From Crocosphaera subtropica ATCC 51142 (GTDB taxonomy: Bacteria > Cyanobacteriota > Cyanobacteriia > Cyanobacteriales > Microcystaceae), in NCBI RefSeq assembly GCF_000017845.1, contig NC_010546.1, positions 3,060,001-3,092,000 on the forward strand: DNA of 32,000 nucleotides, in the 5' to 3' direction. A model generated the notes under the pieces. The model was not told where the DNA came from, made no database searches, and worked only from the letters and a program-made list of their open reading frames with translations. Made by a program: the position numbers and the translations under genes. Below, in pieces: positions 10,719 to 19,365 of this stretch; the stretch's first letter is position 1; each line of letters begins with the position of its first letter.

Positions 10719-11384
10719 ATGATAGAAAAGAATATAAATATTGATATTGCCACTTATATCGATCATTCCTTCCTTAAACCCACTGCTACCCCAGAAGATA
10801 TAGAACAATGTTGTAATGAAGCGCAATATTTTGGCTTTCCTACGGTTTGTGTTTACCCTAGTGCAGTGTCTCAAGCGGTTAAATTACTTCATGGTCAAAA
10901 GATTGCTGTTTGTACCGTTATTGGCTTTCCGACAGGTGCTAATACTTCATCTGTTAAACTGTATGAAGCCCAAGAAGCAACAGAAAATGGAGCAACGGAA
11001 CTTGATATTATGATTAATTTAGGACAGGTAAAAGCAGGAAGTTCTGAAGAGATTTATAATGAAATTTCAGCCATTTGTGAAGCCACAGGACAAACTATTA
11101 AAGTGATTTTAGAAACCAATTTATTAACAGATACAGAAAAACGGTTAGCAGCAGAAATTTGTATGGATGCAGGGGCAAATTATCTGAAAACCTGTAGTGG
11201 ATGGTTTGGCGGTGCAACAGTGACTGATGTGCGTTTTCTGAATAATATATCCCAAGGTAGAGTAGGTATCAAAGCATCAGGAGGCATCAAAACTTTAGAA
11301 CAAGCTTATGAGTTAATCGAAGCAGGAGCAACCCGTTTAGGAACTTCTCATGGAGTAGCTTTAGTTCAGAGTCAAAATGGATAA
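10719..11384 (+). CDS. deoC: Deoxyribose-phosphate aldolase
   Basis: 221 aa with DeoC/LacD-type motifs [23 protein letters not shown] and [10 protein letters not shown] (Schiff-base lysine region). Confidence 0.93.
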   Translation: MIEKNINIDIATYIDHSFLKPTATPEDIEQCCNEAQYFGFPTVCVYPSAVSQAVKLLHGQKIAVCTVIGFPTGANTSSVKLYEAQEATENGATELDIMINLGQVKAGSSEEIYNEISAICEATGQTIKVILETNLLTDTEKRLAAEICMDAGANYLKTCSGWFGGATVTDVRFLNNISQGRVGIKASGGIKTLEQAYELIEAGATRLGTSHGVALVQSQNG

Positions 11385-12105
11385 TCTTTTTATCTCATTA
11401 ATTATTTTATTAGGGGTATTTATTCAAAGTCTTTCTGGGTTTGGGTTGGGGTTAACTGTAATGCCGTTACTAACCCTATTGATTGATGTTCGGATAGCTT
11501 CTCCTTTAATGAATTTAATTGCTTTATTGACTTTGTTGATTATTTCTGTATATTATCGAAAAACGTTAAAAGTTAAAGCTATTTTAGGATTAATTATTGC
11601 TTCTAGTATAGCCATTCCTTTTGGGGTATATTTTCTAAAAAATTTTAATCAAACTATCATGTTAACTCTCTTAGGAATGGTAGTATTAGGGTATGCTCTT
11701 TATTCTCTTTTAGAGTTTCCCTTACCTTTAATTCATTCAAAAAAATGGGGTTATGGTTTTGCTTTTTGCTCAGGTTTATTGTCAGGAGCTTATAATACAG
11801 GAGGTCCTCCGATTGTTATTTATGGAAGTTGTCGTCAATGGACACCCGAACAGTTTAAAACGAATCTAAATTTCTTCTTTTTTTGTAATGTTATTATTGT
11901 TTTAATTAATCATTTTCTGCAAAATAATTTTACTCCAGAAGTTTTACAACTTTTTCTTAGAAATATTCCTATAATTTTTATGGGCTTAGTTTTAGGGTTC
12001 TTTTTATCTAATAAAGTGAATTTGTTATTGTTTCGTAAATTAGTCTTAATTTTATTAGTTATGGCAGGATTACAATTATTGATTAAAGTGATTTTGAGTT
12101 ATTAG
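11377..12105 (+). CDS. TauE/SafE (DUF81) family membrane permease
   Basis: 242 aa with about 7-8 hydrophobic helices. Gly-rich SGFGLG and GAYNTGGPP motifs are present. It overlaps the deoC stop by 8 nt (ATGGATAA). Confidence 0.75.
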   Translation: MDNLFISLIILLGVFIQSLSGFGLGLTVMPLLTLLIDVRIASPLMNLIALLTLLIISVYYRKTLKVKAILGLIIASSIAIPFGVYFLKNFNQTIMLTLLGMVVLGYALYSLLEFPLPLIHSKKWGYGFAFCSGLLSGAYNTGGPPIVIYGSCRQWTPEQFKTNLNFFFFCNVIIVLINHFLQNNFTPEVLQLFLRNIPIIFMGLVLGFFLSNKVNLLLFRKLVLILLVMAGLQLLIKVILSY

Positions 12106-12111
12106 TTTAAT

Positions 12112-12161
12112 GAACAGTGAACGGTCACTGATAACTGATCACTGTTCAATGAAAACTGTTG
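12112..12161. repeat. STRR-like heptamer tract forming a 9-bp hairpin between convergent genes
   Basis: Heptamers AACGGTC ACTGATA ACTGATC ACTGTTC AATGAAA ACTGTTG. The arm GAACAGTGA (12112-12120) pairs with TCACTGTTC (12139-12147). The element is probably a bidirectional terminator. Confidence 0.6.
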
Positions 12162-12163
12162 GC

Positions 12164-12730
12164 CTATTTAACCCCTAATAATTCCACATCAAAAATTAAA
12201 GTTGCATTAGGAGGAATAACACCACCGGCACCCCTTGCACCATAACCCAAGTCAGGAGGAATCACTAAGATTCGTTGGCCACCAACTTTCATTGATGCGA
12301 CTCCTTCATCCCATCCTTTGATCACTTGTCCAACACCAATTTTAAAAGAAAAGGGTTTACCGCGATCGCGGGAACTATCAAACTTTTTGCCATTTTCTAG
12401 GGTTCCAGTGTAGTGTACGGTCACCATTTGTCCCGTTTCTGGACTTTCCCCATCCCCTTCTTTAAGATCAATATATTTGAGTCCAGACTCAGTGGTAACG
12501 GCGTTTTCTAGATCCATATCGGTAATTTCCTTATTATTAATATTCAAAGCCATTAACGTATCTTGGGTGATATCGGGGGTATTTTCCGAGGCGATCGCCG
12601 TTTTTTTGTCAGAGTTACCAAAAATAAAACTAAATAGTAACAATAAACTAAAAGCAGCAATAATCCCGAAACTAATCAAAATTTCACGCATTGATCGTTT
12701 TTTTCCTTTACTAACTGTCTTTAACGCCAT
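12164..12730 (-). CDS. FKBP-type peptidyl-prolyl cis-trans isomerase with an N-terminal membrane anchor/signal
   Basis: Canonical FKBP core: [61 protein letters not shown] hydrophobic N-terminal segment is present. Confidence 0.93.
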   Translation of the reverse strand: MALKTVSKGKKRSMREILISFGIIAAFSLLLLFSFIFGNSDKKTAIASENTPDITQDTLMALNINNKEITDMDLENAVTTESGLKYIDLKEGDGESPETGQMVTVHYTGTLENGKKFDSSRDRGKPFSFKIGVGQVIKGWDEGVASMKVGGQRILVIPPDLGYGARGAGGVIPPNATLIFDVELLGVK

Positions 12731-13065
12731 AATTTGTTTTCTAAGTCCCTAACTTGTCGTTCCAGGCGATCAATTCTTCCCCGTAACTCATCAATTTCAT
12801 TTTGACGGGGAACACCTAAGTCTCGCAACATATTACGCAGTTGACGTTCCATGTTGTTTTCAAAGTTGCCTTGTCCCGTTTTTATCTGATCCATAATATC
12901 ATCAACGAAACCTTGGGCTTGATCTGGGTTAATTTTACCTTCTTTGACCCATTCTTCGCTGACTTCTTTTAATTTTTCAGCAGCTAGTGAGGTTGTACCA
13001 ATGCCCATGAGGACTAACTGTTTAATCCAGTCATTATCGTTTCTGTTGCTTTTATCTTCAGCCAT
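12721..13065 (-). CDS. Phasin-like (COG3937-type) small coiled-coil protein
   Basis: 114 aa, charged and helical. The sequence [27 protein letters not shown] resembles phasin-family regulators. Its stop overlaps the FKBP start by 10 nt (ATGGCGTTAA). Confidence 0.6.
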   Translation of the reverse strand: MAEDKSNRNDNDWIKQLVLMGIGTTSLAAEKLKEVSEEWVKEGKINPDQAQGFVDDIMDQIKTGQGNFENNMERQLRNMLRDLGVPRQNEIDELRGRIDRLERQVRDLENKLWR

Positions 13066-13528
13066 AATGGTGACATTTAAGGTTATTTTATCTTCTTTCT
13101 TAATTTAGCAAATAATTGAGGTTAATATTAACTTATACTTTTACGCCTGTTTTTTGTCTTTCTTTTTTGTGTTAGATAATCTTACTATAAGACCATAAAA
13201 ATTTCTCCTAATTTGGAGAGTTTTCTTTTTTTTGTCCTGTTATATTAAAATCATCCATAACAATTAATTATCAAGTTTAATCTGACTAGGATTAATATTA
13301 TTAAATCCCAAGCCATTAGGATGCGGTGATTATCTATCCCGACCATAACATCGGCAAAATAGGAATATATCCCATTTGACTATATTTTCATGAACTATAA
13401 CTAGACTAAATCCAGATACAATAGCCAACTTATGTTTGAATTTTTGCCGTAGTTTTTTGTCTAACATTCCAATGTAATTGACCCATCTTTTTTTTTGGAT
13501 TTTGTATTTTAATTGGTATTATACAACG

Positions 13529-13561
13529 AAAAAGCGATCACCCCAGAACAGAGCGATCGCT
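13529..13561 (-). terminator. Rho-independent terminator of giant gene 1
   Basis: On the minus strand, AGCGATC-15nt-GATCGCT is followed by TTTTT, 20 nt after the stop codon. The stem is built from HIP1-like sequence. Confidence 0.6.
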
Positions 13562-13580
13562 ACTCAACTAACAACTTGAA

Positions 13581-16500
13581 TTAACCAAAGACAAAGTGAT
13601 CAGCACTCAAACTACCAGCACTCACACCAAGCAGTTTGGCTAACTCATCGTCTCCAGTGGCAATTAAGGTATCGCCGTTTTCTTCACTGATCGTTAAACC
13701 GTCAAAGCCAATGCCCAAGCCAGCAATGCCCAAAACATCCGCTTCTAGGTCAAAGTCAGTGATGGTGTTGGCTGCTTCAGGAATCTCAGCCACAGCAAGC
13801 CAGAAACTGTCAGACCCTGCACCCCCTGTAACAACGTTATTACCCCCTAAGAGGAAGAAACTATCATCCCCTGCACCGGCAAAGGCACGGTCATTATGAC
13901 CGAGGATAAACGTATCATCGCCGGATTGTCCATAGAGACGGTTGCCTCCATTGCCCGCAACGGTATCAATGAAGTCATCTCCTGAGCCACCGAATAAGAT
14001 GTCATCAGTGCCATCAAACCCAGGAGTAACTCCTGCATCAAAGGTTTCCCCATCAAGACTACCAAACACAGGAAGCATCGATTCAGGGGAACTCTCTTCT
14101 AGCGTCGCCGTTAGCTCGTAGTCACCGTAAAATACCCCAATTTCTGGGAACGTCCAACCGCTACCGCTTCTGACCACATTGGGATCATAGTTACGGTTGC
14201 CTAGTAGACTGACACCGACATAGTAAGTCCCTGCTGTTTCAGCAGTAAACTCCAGATAGGGATCACGGGAGAATTCTTCCCCAGGGGCTGCACCATCACT
14301 ATTAGCAGCAAGTTCATTACCCTGTGCATCAAATAACCGTAATTCTGTATCCGTTTTCTGGGGCATTTCTACCAGTGCTGGATAGACGGTAAAACCATTG
14401 TTAGCAGGGGTGGGTTCCCCAGTATCAATATCGAGGGAAACCGTTTGTCCTGCTTCTAAAGTGATGGCGTACATATCCACATCTTCGGCAAACCCCAACC
14501 ATCTCTCAGGAGTTTGATTACTAGGCCCAGTAGCGGCAAGGGTTCCGTTAATGGAAACTGTGGGGGTTTGAGAACTTAAACCAAGGGCATTAGCTTCTGC
14601 TATGGTACTATTCCCCTCAATTTCTTCTGAAACACTGGCTTGATCTGGGGTATCTGCGATCGCAAAACTGGCTTGAGGGATTGCTTGGTTAATGAGATAA
14701 TTTTCACTGGGATCTAGACTAAAGAGTGCGGTTTCGCTGCCTTCTTCTACCCCATCATCCAGAACAGGGAGATTAATGGTGGCTTCCCGTTCAGTAATAT
14801 TGAAGTCAAAACCATCATCTCGCACCTCAGCAATGGTGCCACCCGCTGTATCAATAGCATCTAAATTAAATTCATCGAGGGCATCGGCACTGACACTGAC
14901 AGTTAAACCCTCTTCTGGGGGTGGGGAACTGAGGGTAAAGGTATGAACACTAACCGTTTCTTCTGACTCAATGAGGCTGGCTGGTGAACCTGTTAATCCC
15001 ACTTGAATCTTGGAGTCTGGGTTATCGGCAATGGTCAAGGTAATTTCACTGGCATCTGAATCAATGGTGTAACCTTCCTGGGGTTGTAGAGCAAAGGTTA
15101 TGTCAAACAGTCCCTCTTGTACCGTCACGGGATTATCGATCACCGTTAACTCATCAAACACTGACACGGTGATAGTGGCGGTTTGGTCAGTGATGGTGAA
15201 GAAAAAGCCCGATTCATCGCTATTGGGAACAGGGAAGTTGCCTCCTTCGATTTCTGCTTCAAGAACGGAAAACTGACCAAGAATACTACCGAGAAATGGC
15301 TCATCTTCGCTGTCCACAAATACGGTTATGCCCCCTTCTGGTGGTGCTTCGGATAGGGTAAAGCTAAAAGTGGTTTCCGTTTCTTCTGACTCAATGAGGA
15401 AAGTTTCACTCACCGTTAATCCCACTTCGGGAACAACATCTCCCCCACTTGGCGGTGGGACATCAGCCAGAGAGTCGTAGTAGGTTACCTCTGTGGTTCC
15501 GATTTCTGGGGCAACCTCGTAGCCTTCCCCTGGTTGTAGAAAGAAAGTGACATCTTCGGGCCCATCGGTTTCTAATCCTTCAAAGAGATCATAAAACCCA
15601 GTTGTATCGTGCTGGAAAGCGATAACAGGGTTACGATTCGCTCTTTCGAGATTAACAGTCATAGTGGGTTCATCGATGCGGAGTCGAATACCCGTAGGAA
15701 TACCTTCCTCGTTATAATATGCCCCTAGAGACTGTCCACCAACGGTGGTAGGAAGCTCATCTTGACCGAGATAGGAAACATAATCGAACAAATTAACATC
15801 GCTATTGAGAACAAATTCAATGCCCTCTTCCGGAATTTCTCCCTCGGCTTGAATGGTGAAGTTAACCCCAGAAATACCCCCAAGTTCCACAAATTCCACC
15901 ACTGCACTGGTAAAGTTCCCTTCGCTGTCTACGGTGGTGGGATTCGCACCCAAAGAAAGGGTAGGAGGATTGATAACATTGGGATTACTGACAGGGGGGG
16001 TGGGGGTTCCTGTTTTGCGTGGATTATCTTCTGTCAATAGGTTGATTTCCAGTTCATATAGACCGAAAGCAACTCGGTTGTCATCTCCTGAAGCCGGAAT
16101 CTCAATATCATAAGCAAGATCCTCACGGCCGTAAGATACGGGCGTGGCTGAGAGATAGGACGAAACCCCCACATAGTAGATGCCATCTTCTGAGGCGGTA
16201 AATTCTAAGTAAGTATCTGTTTCACTTTCAACGACGGTTCCATCATCCCGAAAAGCCCCTTCACCGACACCAAAAAGCTTATCGGGGGCAGCCGGGGTAT
16301 AAAGACCCGAAGAAATGAGTCGATTTCCTTCCGCGTCAAAAATAGCGACCCCTGAGAGATTACCAAATCGATTATTTACGTCACGATTCCCTTCTACTTC
16401 AAAGGTTTCGACGGCGATGGTATCTCCTGCGGTTAATTCTAATTTATAGAGGTCTACATCTTCGTTGTAGTCAACATAGGTGTAAGTGCCATCTTCGTTG

Positions 16501-18953
16501 AGATAGCGGTTGCCGATGTCAAAGTAGATAGAATCAACAGCAAAGAAGGAAGGGTTTTCGGGGGTAATTTGGGTGTCTGTGGCAAGGGAAACAATGTCAT
16601 TGGGTTCGGTCACAACCCCTCGCGGAATATCTGACCGTGTATCGACTAAGTTAAAGCTACCACCACTGTAATCTTCTACAATCTCATACCCATCTCCAGG
16701 GGCTAAACTAAAACTAGCGGTTTCTCCTGTTTCTGTTTCGCCATCATCGGCAATGGGCAAGTTTACCAATGTCGTATATTGAGTCATTCGCAGGTCAAAC
16801 CCACCATCACGGACTGCTTCGATGGTTCCTCCGTCCACGGAAATCCCTGCTAAGTCAAACTCGCTTAAGTTAGGCGCATCGACCGACACCACTAACCCGC
16901 CTTCGGGAATAGTGCCATTAGTTACATTAAAGGCATGAGCGGATACGGTTACCTCATCTTCGATCAAGTAACTAGGGCCAGTAAATAAACTTACTTGTAG
17001 AACATCCAACTCAGGCGGTTCTGGTGGTGGGGGTTCAGAAATCTCACTCAATTGACTCTCATCATCGACAAACAATACCGTAGAAGCAGCAGCATTGGGA
17101 TCAATGGTATAGTCCCCTAACGTTCCTACGTCTGCCAAATCTTCTGGTGCTACTTCAGTTTTCAACTCAAATACGGCTTCTACTAACCCATCAAAGGTTT
17201 CGGGTAGAAAGGTATCGGGTTCAGGATTATCAAATACGTCAATAGTAAAGGTTCCAAAGGTCGCCCCTTCATCAATGGTCAGGTAAAACCCTGAATTATC
17301 GAAGCTTGTGCCAAATAATGCAGGTTTAATGTTTTCCGTAATGGGATTAAAAGCAAACCCAGGTAAATCTAAACGATTGACAATTTGCTCAACATTACTA
17401 TCGACAAACACCTTTAAACCGCCTTCAGGGGCAGGTCCATCCAGGTCAAAGCGCACGGTCAAGGCGTTGCCTAAATCTTCAACCAAGGCGTTGAGATCGC
17501 CGTCAAAGTTAGTTGATGTTGATAAGCTTACTTGTGTTATAGTTTGATTTTTAATTGTGTCAACAATGGTCAAAGTCCCTGTTTGCGCTTCGGGATCAAC
17601 TTCGTAACCTTCTCCTGCTTCGAGGGAAAAGGTAGCGGTTTCTTCCCCTTCGATTTCTCCGTCATCAGCTACAGGTAAGGTTATCTGAGCGGTTTGTTCG
17701 GTTAAAGTCACCTCAAAGGTATCGTCAGCGATCCCTTGTCTATAGGGAGGCAAAATATCCCGAACCAGGTTATCGCGAGAAAAGCCGTTAATTAATTCAA
17801 TGTAGGTTAAGTCATCTTGAGGGGAATACCACATATTTGAGCGATATCCCAAAGTTTGCCCCCTGTGAGCATACCAAAAACGAATAGCAGATTCGAGGGT
17901 TCCTACTCCTAACCCATAGGAATCATAATTATTGTTGTCAATGGTAGGGATAACAGCAAGCATTTGCTCAAGGGTTTCGGGTTCTAGTAGTCGATCCTCT
18001 TTAAACAAACTACGGGCAAAGGTATCTAAATCTTGGGCATTAGAAATCATCGCCCCTGCTGTCCACGCCCAAGACAAACCTGCCGGGGTAATATTATCTA
18101 ACGTGCCATTGCTATCAAAATCCCAATAACCATTAACAAAGCCCCCAGGAACCGCTTCTTCTTGAGCAAAAAAGGTATTTTCCAGATTCAAAGGGGTGAG
18201 AATACGATTGCGGATTTCTTGGGCAATATTATTCCCTGTGGCTGCTTCAACAATTAATCCTGCTAAGATATAGTTCGTATTGGAATACTGCCAAGACTCC
18301 CCAGGCTCAAAGACAGGTTCTGCCCCATCAATTAAGTCCATTAATTGCTCTGGTTCCCACGGCCGCAAAAATACGGTCGGGTTGGTGGCTGCTTGGGTAA
18401 AGAGTATGTCTAAATAGTCGGCAATACCGCTTGTATGCTGCAATATTTGCCTGATGGTAATCTCTTGAGCATTGGGAATATCGGCGGTTAAGCTTTCGGG
18501 TAACCAAGTGGTCAAAGTATCTTCTAAGCTTAAAGAACCTTCTTCAACTAACTGTAAAACAGTGGTAGCCACAAAGGTTTTGGTAATACTGCCAATTTGA
18601 AAGCGATCGCTTGGTTGCAAAGGAATATTATTTTCTAAGTCAGCCACCCCACTGGTCCCATACCAACTGCCAAAAGGGGCAACAATGGCAACCACAGCCC
18701 CTGGTACTTCAGGGGTGCGAGTTCCATCTAATGCTGTCTGTAACTGTTGCTGAAGTTCGTCTTCTAGAGTAATGATCCCCCCTTCGATTTGTGCTTTACT
18801 CAGGTCAAACTCGGATAAGTTAGGAGCATTTAGCCTTACTACTATCCCATCAGGGGGAGGCGGTTCACTGAGACTGAGGGTCAGTAAAGAAAGGGTGGCT
18901 TCAGATTCAATTAAGCGTTCGGGTTCAAGGATTAAGCTGACTTTAGGTTCCAT
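13581..18953 (-). CDS. Giant (1790 aa) acidic RTX-type exoprotein with a beta-lactamase-like domain inserted in a Calx-beta-like domain, further Calx-beta-like domains, two PPC domains and a C-terminal Ca-binding repeat module
   Basis: The serine hydrolase domain has SxxK (S122-I-T-K), Y-S-N (Y223) and H-R-G (H363). Calx-beta-like signatures such as LPVADDGEIEGEETATFSL recur. PPC signatures are TEPND...DVDLYKLELTAGDT and DVDMYAITLEAGQT. The C-terminus has GGSGDDFID, GQSGDDTFI, GAGDDSFFL and GGAGSDSFW and ends in DHFVFG. I found no Cys codon. Confidence 0.9.
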   Translation of the reverse strand: MEPKVSLILEPERLIESEATLSLLTLSLSEPPPPDGIVVRLNAPNLSEFDLSKAQIEGGIITLEDELQQQLQTALDGTRTPEVPGAVVAIVAPFGSWYGTSGVADLENNIPLQPSDRFQIGSITKTFVATTVLQLVEEGSLSLEDTLTTWLPESLTADIPNAQEITIRQILQHTSGIADYLDILFTQAATNPTVFLRPWEPEQLMDLIDGAEPVFEPGESWQYSNTNYILAGLIVEAATGNNIAQEIRNRILTPLNLENTFFAQEEAVPGGFVNGYWDFDSNGTLDNITPAGLSWAWTAGAMISNAQDLDTFARSLFKEDRLLEPETLEQMLAVIPTIDNNNYDSYGLGVGTLESAIRFWYAHRGQTLGYRSNMWYSPQDDLTYIELINGFSRDNLVRDILPPYRQGIADDTFEVTLTEQTAQITLPVADDGEIEGEETATFSLEAGEGYEVDPEAQTGTLTIVDTIKNQTITQVSLSTSTNFDGDLNALVEDLGNALTVRFDLDGPAPEGGLKVFVDSNVEQIVNRLDLPGFAFNPITENIKPALFGTSFDNSGFYLTIDEGATFGTFTIDVFDNPEPDTFLPETFDGLVEAVFELKTEVAPEDLADVGTLGDYTIDPNAAASTVLFVDDESQLSEISEPPPPEPPELDVLQVSLFTGPSYLIEDEVTVSAHAFNVTNGTIPEGGLVVSVDAPNLSEFDLAGISVDGGTIEAVRDGGFDLRMTQYTTLVNLPIADDGETETGETASFSLAPGDGYEIVEDYSGGSFNLVDTRSDIPRGVVTEPNDIVSLATDTQITPENPSFFAVDSIYFDIGNRYLNEDGTYTYVDYNEDVDLYKLELTAGDTIAVETFEVEGNRDVNNRFGNLSGVAIFDAEGNRLISSGLYTPAAPDKLFGVGEGAFRDDGTVVESETDTYLEFTASEDGIYYVGVSSYLSATPVSYGREDLAYDIEIPASGDDNRVAFGLYELEINLLTEDNPRKTGTPTPPVSNPNVINPPTLSLGANPTTVDSEGNFTSAVVEFVELGGISGVNFTIQAEGEIPEEGIEFVLNSDVNLFDYVSYLGQDELPTTVGGQSLGAYYNEEGIPTGIRLRIDEPTMTVNLERANRNPVIAFQHDTTGFYDLFEGLETDGPEDVTFFLQPGEGYEVAPEIGTTEVTYYDSLADVPPPSGGDVVPEVGLTVSETFLIESEETETTFSFTLSEAPPEGGITVFVDSEDEPFLGSILGQFSVLEAEIEGGNFPVPNSDESGFFFTITDQTATITVSVFDELTVIDNPVTVQEGLFDITFALQPQEGYTIDSDASEITLTIADNPDSKIQVGLTGSPASLIESEETVSVHTFTLSSPPPEEGLTVSVSADALDEFNLDAIDTAGGTIAEVRDDGFDFNITEREATINLPVLDDGVEEGSETALFSLDPSENYLINQAIPQASFAIADTPDQASVSEEIEGNSTIAEANALGLSSQTPTVSINGTLAATGPSNQTPERWLGFAEDVDMYAITLEAGQTVSLDIDTGEPTPANNGFTVYPALVEMPQKTDTELRLFDAQGNELAANSDGAAPGEEFSRDPYLEFTAETAGTYYVGVSLLGNRNYDPNVVRSGSGWTFPEIGVFYGDYELTATLEESSPESMLPVFGSLDGETFDAGVTPGFDGTDDILFGGSGDDFIDTVAGNGGNRLYGQSGDDTFILGHNDRAFAGAGDDSFFLLGGNNVVTGGAGSDSFWLAVAEIPEAANTITDFDLEADVLGIAGLGIGFDGLTISEENGDTLIATGDDELAKLLGVSAGSLSADHFVFG

Positions 18954-19186
18954 TATATTTGGGTAATAGAATTACTATTAAGAATATTTTTAGATAAATA
19001 AATGAAAATGAATATGAGATATTAGTAGCTAACCACAGGCTTTCCTTGCCTATTGTCTTCACCTCACTCAGTCATATTTACTCTTCAAAGACTTCTAAAG
19101 CCAATAACTGGCAGCAACACATCTATTTTAAGTAGAGGATGTTGACTTAAATCAGTTGAGAGACTCTCTCAACAAAATTTTTACGA

Positions 19187-19195
19187 AGTATATCA
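19187..19195 (-). promoter_or_regulatory. Candidate extended -10 (TGATATACT) for giant gene 1
   Basis: The element is conserved as TGATATAGT at 26436-26444 upstream of giant gene 2. The spacing to the shared palindrome is the same within 1 nt. Confidence 0.4.
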
Positions 19196-19257
19196 CACTC
19201 AATGATGGTTTGGAAAGGTTTTTTACATTTAATATGTGATGAATAGAGATTTGCATC

Positions 19258-19274
19258 TGTGCAAATTTTGCACA
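19258..19274. promoter_or_regulatory. 8-1-8 perfect palindrome TGTGCAAA-T-TTTGCACA (candidate transcription-factor site)
   Basis: The palindrome was read directly from the sequence. Its centre is about -60 from the predicted isiB start and about -86 from the predicted gene 1 start. A paralogous copy lies at 26508-26524. Confidence 0.5.
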
Positions 19275-19290
19275 AATCCCCTCTAGCATC

Positions 19291-19319
19291 TTGACAGTTA
19301 TTGAGAATTATTCTAAACT
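19291..19319 (+). promoter_or_regulatory. Sigma70-type isiB promoter (TTGACA-17 nt-TAAACT) with an embedded Fur-box-like 7-1-7 element
   Basis: TTGACA lies at 19291-19296 and TAAACT at 19314-19319. TGAGAAT-T-ATTCTAA (19302-19316) matches the Fur 7-1-7 consensus TGATAAT-N-ATTATCA at 11 of 14 positions. Confidence 0.55.
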
Positions 19320-19332
19320 AAATTGTATCTAC

Positions 19333-19347
19333 TGCAAATAATTTGCA
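19333..19347. promoter_or_regulatory. Perfect 7-1-7 palindrome TGCAAAT-A-ATTTGCA in the isiB leader (operator-like)
   Basis: The palindrome was read directly from the sequence. It lies at about +7 to +21 of the predicted transcript, 19 nt before the ATG. The same heptamer also occurs at 19249-19255 and 19260-19266. Confidence 0.5.
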
Positions 19348-19365
19348 ATAAATTGGAAAAAAAGC

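Noticed and set aside
10680-11013. A 64-aa minus-strand ORF and a 65-aa plus-strand out-of-frame ORF at the 5' end of deoC.
   Set aside because: Both overlap the well-supported deoC frame, and neither has independent motifs.
12477-12752. A 91-aa plus-strand ORF antisense to the FKBP gene.
   Set aside because: The canonical FKBP domain is on the opposite strand, so this is a shadow ORF.
13204-13233. TCTCC-6nt-GGAGA followed by GTTTTCTTTTTTTT, which looks like a plus-strand intrinsic terminator.
   Set aside because: The stem is only 5 bp and no plus-strand gene or obvious promoter lies upstream. Both flanking genes are on the minus strand. It may just be AT-rich promoter DNA of the phasin-like gene.
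13636-13899. An 87-aa plus-strand ORF antisense to the gene 1 tail, with a near-identical twin at 20715-20978. It looks conserved.
   Set aside because: The conservation is simply a by-product of the near-identical RTX-tail DNA on the other strand. The Gly/Asp-rich coding strand (GGN/GAY) leaves the antisense frame free of stops. The predicted peptide is low-complexity (P/S/A/K-rich) and has no start context.
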